This document shows, in pieces, positions 1 through 8,764 of a stretch of 24,530 nt of DNA. A program made the position numbers and the translations under genes. Under the pieces are notes generated by a model. That model saw only the letters and a list, made by a program, of their open reading frames with translations, was not told the DNA's origin and made no database searches. Numbering within the stretch: the first letter of the stretch is position 1; the number at the start of each line of letters is the position of its first letter. Origin of the DNA: Vitrella brassicaformis CCMP3155 (lineage: Eukaryota > Protista > Chromerida); NCBI GenBank assembly GCA_001179505.1, contig CDMY01000746.1:1-24530 (forward strand), given 5' to 3'.

Positions 1-981
1 TGGAGTTCCCGAAGCTGACGACTGTGGTGGTGCCATCGGACAAGGCCAACCTCAGCGGATTCACTAAGGTCAGGGACAGACAGACAGAATGAGACCGACC
101 AGTCATGTGTGTCTCCCTGTGTGTGTGGTGGGTGGGCAGGTGGCCTATGTGTGTCGGTGGTCTCTGCCGAATCTGACGACGTTGACGGTGACCGGCGGCT
201 GCCGCCCTCATCTCAGCCGCAGCGTGACGACCATCACCCACTTCGGCAACCGGCACCACACCGATGTGGCCTATGAGGACGCCAGCCGCATACTCGAAAG
301 CAGCACAGCCGAACACATCAACAGGGAGAAATTTCGGTACGCAATCACAACGCATTCGAGACAGGCACACCGATCTGTGTGTTCTCTGTCTGTCAGCGGT
401 GAGACATTGGGTGTGTATGTGGGCGCCTGGATGAACAACACTGATAAGATGGAATCGGTTGAGGTCACCGACATGCCGGTGGGTGAGGGAAGACACCACA
501 CAGAGTCCATCCATTCTCTCTGTCTGCTGTCCTCTCTTGACAGGTTGATGTGCTGAAGTCCGCCCTGTCCATTTCCCCCGACGGCGGGCTGCCCCACCTC
601 AACCGCCTCACCGACACCAGCGGCCCAGATGCCACCGACCAGACACTCCGCCAGCTCAGGGCACTTCTGCACAAGAAGGGGGCCCCCCTGGCAGATCTGA
701 TAGCGGTGCGGCAGATGGCCGACGGTAGCGGTGGGGATGACGGTGCTGAGGGTGAGGGCAGCGGACAGAAGCGGGCGTATGCGGATCGCTGCCACAGCCC
801 TTAGACAGACAAGAAAGATACCGATGGGGTAAGAGATGCTGGTGTGCGGCACCAGAACTGCCCATCGGCACCTGGATGTGTGTGTGTGTGGTGTGTGCAG
901 GTGTGTTGGGTGACAGACAGACAGACAGACAGACAGCCAGAGGGGCGGGATGGGACTGATAAGGGAGAGAGGGAAGGATGA
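1..981 (+). CDS. 3' part of an F-box/LRR-like family gene (paralogue of the C-terminus of the 15471-20740 gene); 5' end lies outside the window
   Basis: Phase-consistent exons <1-68, 140-336, 397-478, 544-751, 809-828, 901-981 with GT-AG introns. Reads LEFPKLTTVVVPSDKANLSGFTK/VAYVCRWSLPNLTTLTV...DKKDTDG/VCWV...EG*. Same exon sizes as the copy at 15471-16447 except the last exon. If intron 752-808 is retained, the protein stops at 804. Confidence 0.8.
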
Positions 982-1794
982 CAGGACCGCTGATCTAAGT
1001 GACTGACTGACTGACTCACATTGTGTCACGGATGGATGGAGTGATTGATGTGGATAGCATGGTTGTTTTCGCTTGACACTGGTTCCTTTTCGTTAAGACC
1101 ACTTGCCTGCCTGTACAGCCTGGCATCTTTCTGGTTAATTGGTTCAGGTGCCTCCGTCAACGGGCGGACGCGTTGGCCTCCTGCAGACAGGCGGCGACAG
1201 ACACAGACACAGACAGACAGACAGACAGACCGATGAACCGGCGAGACACAATGACATGCCTGTGTGAGTGGATGGGCATGGAAGCGATCAATTGAATGCG
1301 TCCACCAATGACGCGGACAAAGAACGAGTGAAATGACCAGGCAACAAGCGCGATCCAGTGACGTGCGTGCGTGTGACTGGGGGTGAGAGACGCCGGCATG
1401 CGACCCCACTTCCGACAGGAAATATTATTCTTCTGCAGAATCGCGTCGCTACGATCCTTGAAGACAGGGGTGTTGTCTCCAAAATGATGTCTCTCGTTTG
1501 TTCTCCGTGTCTCTTGTGTTCCCCCTTTTGACTAAACATCTCTGAACATCTATGGTCTGCCGTCTCTTTTCTTTGGTTCTCTCTCTTGCCTCAGCCCTCT
1601 CTTGTCACACAGACAGGTACGCCGACAGCCCGCTCACTCACGCAGTCACTGAAAAGAAACTCCGCCAATCGGTCTGTCTCCTTTTTTCTCTTTTCCCCGC
1701 ATCAATCGGTATGTGGTTGTGTAGATGAGTGCTCCGTTGATCACCTGAGGACAGGCAGAAGAGAGAATGGGCTGCCTTGGCTTCATTCAGGATG

Positions 1795-3328
1795 TCACCA
1801 GTTGTGGAAAGCCCCGCCGGGCAGCCACTCGTCGATGCCGAGGGGGTCGTAAGCAGTTGTCGTGGACTCAGAGCGGCCGCCACGCCGAGGACGTCGCTGA
1901 GTATGGATCTTGGGGCCTCGGCCCTCCCACTCGTATCCGCCCTGTTTCTGGAAGAAAGGGTGTGGTCAGAGATGGTTTCTCTTTTTTCGTTCAGATTCAC
2001 CTGGGCTGCAGGAGGAGGGTTGTTGGGGTCTTTCTTCACACCGTCGGGCATTTGGTTGCACTCTGAGCGCAGCTTGCACTCTGTGGATGCTGTGGATGCT
2101 GTGCAAAAGTTGCGCCGATTCGGAATTTTCCCCCACATGTACTCCGTCCCGGTCTCTCCTGCTGTCTGAAAAGATTTCCAGACAAAGGATGGCGGTGTTT
2201 GTACTTTGTATGTGCATACATACCGGAACGCCATCTGTGCCTTCCTTGTCGCATCCGAAGATCATGCACGTGTTCCCGACACTATAGTGCACATAACAGT
2301 GGGCGCCACTTAGTGGGCATGGCTTGTGTGTGAAGAACTGCTTCTCGAAGGCATCGCAGCCTTCCACTGCACACACACAAACAAGAGTTACTAAAAATTC
2401 AGACAAACAGGAATGTGACAGCCTCTTCTGAAGTTCTTTGTGTCTTCGGGAGGTCCTAAAAGCAGATGGAGACACGCACGGACCGATTGATAAGAGAGTC
2501 GTATGTCACGGGAATGGCATACCTTCTTTCCAATCCTGGTGGCCGGGGAAGAGGTAGAATGCATCGATCCTGGGGGTCGAAGTCTTGTCTCCGATGTTAA
2601 TCCCATACAAAGGCCCGTCTTGCCCGACCATCTAAGTTTCCTAATTACACACCACAGGGGGGCTCTGATGCTGGTGTGCCTCTCGAATCCATACCGACCG
2701 CATTGGGTGACATGCACCACTTTGCTTCGTCCATCCGGCTTTCAGTCTTGAGCCTGGCTTCGTCGTCCTTGGACTTGACGATCGGGACCTCGTATGGGCC
2801 GCTGGCGCAGTCTGGGTCTCGAAGGCACTCGCCGTCACCAGTGCTGATTGACAGATAGAAAATGTCACCAAAATTGAATGTCACATCCGTGATACCACAC
2901 CGAAAACGTACTTCGTGGTCAAAACTGGAGTGCGAACGGCGTCGACGACACAGACATGCTTTTTCAGCTGTGAACCGTCGGATTTCCAACAACCGATGGT
3001 GGATTCTGCCAAAATGATGCAGACTTGTGTGACAGAGTCAGACGTGGTGTTTGAATCTGTCCGTCTCACTGCCTGAGAGGTGGTAGTATTTGTCGTGGAC
3101 GGACTGTCCTGTGGACTCATCCTTGTGGGTGCCGTCCTCCTCTCCCATCCACCCTTTGAAAGCGACCGTACAGGGAATCTTACCAACGCCTGCCATCGTC
3201 TCGTTTGCAGTGGTGAGCGTTGCCACGGGGGCGAAGTGGACATGGTTGTGAGGAAGGGCCTGGCCATCAGACACAAGCAGTGCCGCCGCCACAATGACGA
3301 GACGGAGAACCGAGCAGATGGCCTTCAT
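1795..3328 (-). CDS. Secreted cysteine-rich protein of unknown function (~360 aa, about 9 exons)
   Basis: Signal peptide MKAICSVLRLVIVAAALLVSDGQA. Exons 3328-3184, 3153-3070, 3005-2912, 2843-2699, 2631-2523, 2455-~2410 (donor uncertain), 2366-2224, 2165-2001, 1947-1795 join in phase, with about 12 Cys in the mature part, ending AYDPLGIDEWLPGGAFHNW*. The 30-nt in-frame intron 3183-3154 may be retained. Confidence 0.72.
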
Positions 3329-3386
3329 ATCAGCGGATGCATGCAATTGAAGCTGGCAGCAGCGGTTTCAGGGAGCACCCTAGGGC

Positions 3387-3404
3387 TGCGAGCTAAGCGG
3401 CAGA
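3387..3404. promoter_or_regulatory. Candidate bidirectional-promoter motif TGCGAGCTAAGCGGCAGA
   Basis: 17/18 identical to 10865-10882; both copies lie in short head-to-head intergenic regions. Function is inferred. Confidence 0.4.
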
Positions 3405-3428
3405 TTTTCCTCCTGGCTGTGAGAAGGA

Positions 3429-3462
3429 ATGAAGAGCCGCCACCGATGAAGAGCCGCCACCG
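3429..3462. repeat. Perfect 17-bp tandem duplication (ATGAAGAGCCGCCACCG x2)
   Basis: Units at 3429-3445 and 3446-3462, read directly from the sequence. Confidence 0.95.
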
Positions 3463-3547
3463 CCTCTCTGCCAGCGCAACGCCCGCACCATCTTGCCCGG
3501 CAACCATGCGACGATGCAGATCAAGACGGCACTGTGCACAGCGCTCG

Positions 3548-5423
3548 ATGCCGTACCTGCATCTACTGAGGAGCATGCTGCTTCTCGCAGTCCTCCCCCT
3601 CATCCAGACGCTCGCTTTCGTTCTGCGGCCTGCAAGCCGGTTTGTCTTGCGAAGGCCGGCAGCATTTGATCTCTCGTCAAGGCGGCCATCGCCATCCCTG
3701 CCTGTCCGTCGGGGTCCATCGAGGCGGCCGGCGGTGACGATGGTGTTTGATTCGATAACGTCCAAGATCACGGGCATTCTGGACACCATTCGCGGCGCCG
3801 ACAAGCTGACGGCCGAGAACATCGAGGAGGCTGTGCAGGAGATGCGCAAAGTGCTGCTCGACGCGGACGTCAACTTCCAGGTGAGATGGATGAGAGAGAG
3901 CTTTCAGTCGCCGCACACACATGGACGGATGGATGGATGGATGGATGGATCTCTTCCTTCCTGTTTGGCAGGTGGCCAATTCTCTGGTCAAGGCCGTGAA
4001 GGAGAAGGCGGTAGGCGAGCGGCGCATCGACAATGTCAACCCATCCCAGCAGTTCGTCAAGATCCTCTACGACGAGCTCGTCGACATCATGGGCGGCGAC
4101 GAGGCGCCCATCGCCACCTCAGCCACCGACCAGCCTACCGTCCTTCTGCTGGCAGGGCTGCAGGGAGCCGGCAAGACTACTGCCGCAGCCAAGCTCGCCC
4201 TCTACCTGCAGACGCCCCAGACGAGACTTGACGCGAGCGGAGATGCGGAGGGGGGCGAGGGGGAGGGGGGAAAGGGCACCATGACTAAGCCGCGGAAGGT
4301 GCTGCTGGTGGCTGCTGACGTGTATCGCCCGGCTGCTATCGATCAGCTGCAGATACTGGGCGAGAGAGTTGGGTGTGAGGTCTTCACGATGGGGCAGGAT
4401 GTCGACCCTGTGGACATTGTCAAACAGGGAGTGGCATACGCCAAGGAGCAGGTGCAGTGCATGCCAAGAGGAACGAACAGCAGCACACACGCATCCTCCC
4501 TCTTGTCGGTTCAGGGCTATGACACGGTCATTGTGGACACTGCCGGCCGGCAGGTGGTCGACGACGCCCTCATGGCGGAGCTCAAGCGCATCAAAGAGGC
4601 AGTGCCGCCAGACGAGGTGCTTCTGGTGGTCGACGCCATGACCGGCCAGGAGGCGGCTTTGCTCACACAGACCTTCAACGAGCAGATCGGCATCAGTGGG
4701 GCCATTTTGACCAAGCTGGATGGCGACACGCGAGGCGGCTCGGCCTTGTCAGTGCGGGGTGTGTCTGGCAAGCCCATCAAGTTCGTGGGTGTCGGCGAGG
4801 GCATGGACAAGCTGGAGCCCTTCTACCCCAAACGCATGGCCTCCCGCATCATCGGCATGGGCGACGTCGTGTCGCTGGTCGAGAAGGCGCAGAAGCAGAT
4901 GAGCGAGCGGGACGCCCTGGATCTGACCAAGAGGATTCAGAAAGGGCAATACGACTTCAACGACTTCATGAAGCAGAGCGACATGATCAACAAGATGGGC
5001 TCTGTGGGGCAGTTTCTGTCTTACATTCCCGGCATGAGCAACATGGTCAGCCGTGACCAGATCAAGACCATGAGCAAGAAGTTCCGCAAGTACCGCACCT
5101 TCATCGACGCCATGACAGAGGAAGAGCGTGAGTCGCCCGATCTCTTCACCAAGGAGAAGGGCGCGCAGCAGCGCATGAGGCGGCTGGCTGACGAGACCGA
5201 CGAGCCTATAGAGGAGGTGCAGGGGTTTGTGCGGGACTTCATGAAACAGCGTCGGCAGATGATGCTCATGTCGCGGCAGATGATGGGCGGGGCGGACCTA
5301 GACAAGGCGGCGAGCGGCGACGAGACCGCTCTGCAGACAATGCAGGAGGGGAACAGGAAGCAGAGGAGGGAGGCAGCAAGGAAGGCGGCCAAGAAGAAGA
5401 AGAAACTGACGGGGTTTGGATGA
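3548..5423 (+). CDS. ffh: Plastid signal recognition particle GTPase cpSRP54/Ffh (~573 aa, 3 exons) with bipartite targeting leader
   Basis: Exons 3548-3880, 3972-4451, 4515-5423. SRP GTPase motifs GLQGAGKTT, DTAGR and TKLDGDTRGG; M domain FNDFMKQ..KMG..IPGM; basic tail KKKKKLTGFG as in cyanobacterial/plastid Ffh. N-terminal signal peptide (..LLLAVLPLIQTLA) is followed by Phe and an R/S/P-rich transit peptide. Confidence 0.96.
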
Positions 5424-5677
5424 GATGAGTGAGGGCGGGACAGGCATGCCCATCCGGGGAGGATGGGTGGATGGACAGATGCCCGCATCGCATGTGTGTG
5501 AGGCCACTCCACTTGGACTGATCGGAATGAATGGGTGGGGGAACATTTGAGCGAACGAGTTCTTCGTGCGCATGAACTTGAATGCAACCAACGCACCCCA
5601 CCAGCCCACCATTGTGAGCACTCTGCTCATAGCAGTCACACGGTTATAGCTAGGTGCGCAGGCAGGCAGGCAGGCAG

Positions 5678-8338
5678 CTAACACGCAAATGCGGCAGGGT
5701 GTACCCGAATCTCATTCTTCTCCGGGCTCCCTATCACACGACCTACCAACCATCACACACACACACACACACATACACATACACACACACATCTAGCAAT
5801 GCCGACAATGCCGACAGCCAGGCGTACCGTACCTCGTTTGTTGAAGTAGGTGTTTTCCTCAATGATAGCCACTCTGAAGCCGTCGTCGACAATGTCTGAG
5901 GGGTCGATCGACTTGACGAACTCCACCCAATCGAACTCGTTCTTGTTGCCCAGGTTGCAGTACTTCAGGCTCAACTGTTCCATTGCACCGCACCACAACA
6001 GACAAACCATCCCTCCTTTCATCTCATCATGAGACACACGTCTCGTCTGGCGTCTCTCTGTGCTGTCTTTGGCTGGCTCGGCTGACCAGCTCGACTTGTT
6101 TGCTGGAGAGCTCGAAGCCGAGCATGGACATGACGCGGTGGAACTGGGCCTTCGTCACGTGGCCCCTATCACATCAAGCGAGACACACGCATCGCATCGA
6201 TCTACGCGACCGGGAGGGGACACACGGCGGCCTGGCCCACTTGTACTTTGCTCACCGTCGTGTTTTGTCGAAGTCCTGGAAGGTGGGGACGATGAGCTTC
6301 CTGGTCTGGCGCATCTTGGTGCGGATGTCGTCCTCCAGCTGATGCAACTCCTCCTGTCAGACATATCAATCACAAAAGCACACACACACACACACACCCA
6401 GCACGTGTCTCTCCATCCTCCCTCTCTCCACCTGTTCTTCAAGAGAGTAGTCCATGCGGTTGCGTCTGGCGGGTTCGGTGGTGGTCGCTGTGGGGTAGTT
6501 GACCTCTCTGTCGGGGTTCTTCTCGATCGCCTGCCGTCGTGGACAGCAACAGCACGCTATGCATCGATGTGTGTGCGTATGCATTTTTGTGTGGCTCTGG
6601 ACAGGGGGCTGACAGACAGACAGACCTTGACAGTGAATGCCTCGTCGATGACCTCGCAGAGGGCCTCGTAGCAGAACATGCCGTCGTCACGAGAATAACG
6701 AGCCACCAGAGCCAACCAATCAGCCTGACAGACAGACGCACACAGAGAGACAAGACAGCGGTCGGTCTGTCTGCATGTCCGTGTGTCCGTGTGTCTGTGC
6801 CTCCCTCCGTCCCTGCATGTCTGCTGACCTCGGGGATGTTGACCCCGAAGTGTGCGCTGAGGATGGATCTGGCCTGTGTCTTGGTGCAGTACCCCTTGCG
6901 CAACTTGTCGTGGTCCTGGAAGTAATCCCTCAAACGAAGACGATTCATCACAACCAACGCCTACACACACACAAACACAGAGACACACACATATGACACC
7001 ACCGTCCACCAACTCCCCCNNNNNNNNNNNNNNNNNNNNNNNNNNNNNNNNNNNNNNNNNNNNNNNNNNNNNNNNNNNNNNNNNNNNNNNNNNNNNNNNN
7101 NNNNNNNNNNNNNNNNNNNNNNNNNNNNNNNNNNNNNNNNNNNNNNNNNNNNNNNNNNNNNNNNNNNNNNNNNNNNNNNNNNNNNNNNNNNNNNNNNNNN
7201 NNNNNNNNNNNNNNNNNNNNNNNNNNNNNNNNNNNNNNNNNNNNNNNNNNNNNNNNNNNNNNNNNNNNNNNNNNNNNNNNNNNNNNNNNNNNNNNNNNNN
7301 NNNNNNNNNNNNNNNNNNNCCCCCCCCCGCTGCCTGCCTGAAGTTTTTCCTCCGGCGTGAGCTTCTGTTGGTTCCACATGCGTTCGTCCTCCCTCATGTG
7401 CAGCAGCGACAGAGCGGGCGGCGGGTCCTCGGCGATGAACGACTTGGGGTCGGTGATGGCGTCGTGGATGGCCATGTAGTTAACGTCGCCCTTGTCGTTG
7501 ACGAACCGGTCGGCCAGCAGCTGAATCTCACGGGGGGTGAAGGGAAAGGGAAACGACCGCTTGAACCGGTTCTCAGTCACAAAGCCCGAACGAAGCTTGT
7601 CGAAGTTCTGATAATAGTACTTGAACACCACCCTACAGAGGGAGGGTGTGGTGGAATGGCCGGCGGGCCTTTGCGGTTGTGATGGTGTGATGTCTCACTC
7701 ACCCTCGCGTCTTTTGCATGAGAGCCATTCTGTCGATGAGCGCGTCCGTCTCCCTCTCCTCCGCGTCTTGCTCAAGCTTCTTGGTCTCAAATCTGGGCGG
7801 CAGCGTGCCCCCCGGCGGGCACACCTCCACCAAAGGCGTCTTCTCGATGCACGGCAGCCGAAACACCTTCTCGATCTTGTCCAGAAAGTCGCCATACCTC
7901 ACGTCGCCCGTCTGGGCGTTCAGGTACGCCCTGGCCAGTAGGTCCACCTCCTGCGGCGCCAACCTGAGAGTGGCGTCATCGAGGATGCGCTCGAACTGGG
8001 TGCGCGTGACGTATCTTTTGCGGAGGGGGTCGAAGTCCTTGAAGAACTCCTTGAGGCGGAGCCTGCGTTGGAATGCGTCCTTCTGGATGCGCAGCTCGAT
8101 GTCCTGCACGTGACTCCACTCCTCGGGCGTCAGGTCGGGGTCGGTCTTCCTGGTCTTGCTCAGAAAGGAGGTCGGCGCTGAGGCAGTGGTGGTCTCCATG
8201 ACGCACGGCTGACCAAACACACACAGGCTGGTGTAGTTTGCAATGCGCAAACTGCGTAGTGATTTTTACCTTCCTCCTCGCCGCCTGGGGGCAGCGGGGG
8301 GTACGCGAGCTCGACGGCGTCTTTCCATTCCCTCCCAT
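5678..8338 (-). CDS. Multi-EF-hand protein (4 degenerate EF-hand pairs), possibly flagellar/cytoskeletal
   Basis: Exons 8338-8270, 8208-7703, 7632-7338, 6960-6829, 6724-6626, 6530-6432, 6353-6256, ~6168-6085, ~5975-5834, 5742-5678 join in phase. Four repeats: FKDFDPLRKRYVTRTQF, YQNFDKLRSGFVTENRF, FQDHDKLRKGYCTKTQA, FQDFDKTRRGHVTKAQF, each followed by a second helix-loop-helix. The N-gap lies within an intron and could hide an exon. Confidence 0.85.
5754..5790. repeat. (CA)n microsatellite, representative of many intronic/intergenic SSRs
   Basis: Other examples: (GACA)n 913-936 and 1198-1231, (GGAT)n 3925-3949, (CATGA)n 13125-13144, (GT)n ~15013-15035, (GTGAC)n ~15096-15115, (CTG)n 21601-21621. 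Confidence 0.95.
7020..7319. other. Assembly gap (300 N) flanked by poly-C runs
   Basis: Run of N with CCCCC on the left and CCCCCCCCC on the right. Confidence 1.
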
Positions 8339-8764
8339 CGAGGATGGATTTCCAAGGATGCATGCGTGTGTCTGTGTCGGTTCTGTCATGCAGGTGATTC
8401 TGTCAGGGGATCCATTGACCGTTCGTGTTCCTTGCTGAGTGAGTGTTGCAAGCAGACACGAATGTGTCTGGGGCGTAGAGGCATACTTGTAATGTGCCGA
8501 TTGACAGTATGACAATGCATTCAACAACAGAAGCCGTGTCAGCCACTCACTACACCAGCTACGTGTCATGCACGGCTCAGAGGGGAGAGTGCCTAGCAGC
8601 CTCGATTCGATTGTCCAGAATCATCGGACGCAAAACCTGCCTCCCCTCCCCCAACGCCCAAACTCACTCGACTACCTACCCAACACAAACACACACACAA
8701 CGTGACATCACATCACACGACACAGTGAGTGTTACTTACACACGGCCCCGTCAATCAGCTTAAC

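Noticed and set aside
1026-1750. Possible small minus-strand exons and weak similarity to 22290-22400 (TTGGT.GACGCATTCAAT; CACGTCAC..ACTGG)
   Set aside because: The matches are short and not collinear, and I could not build a coherent gene or repeat unit.
3429-3462. 17-bp tandem duplication as a regulatory or transposon footprint
   Set aside because: It occurs once, with no second occurrence elsewhere in the window; simple slippage explains it.
3080-4231. 383-aa ORF as a single protein
   Set aside because: It is a composite of the antisense of the Cys-rich gene, intergenic DNA, ffh exon 1 and intron read-through into the wrong frame.
5678-5695. C-terminal Cys of the EF-hand protein (PAAFAC*) as a prenylation signal
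   Set aside because: The Cys is terminal; it is not a CaaX, CC or CxC motif.
7020-7319. N-run as a biological feature, and the ORFs spanning it
   Set aside because: Scaffolding gap; ORFs reading through X are artefacts.
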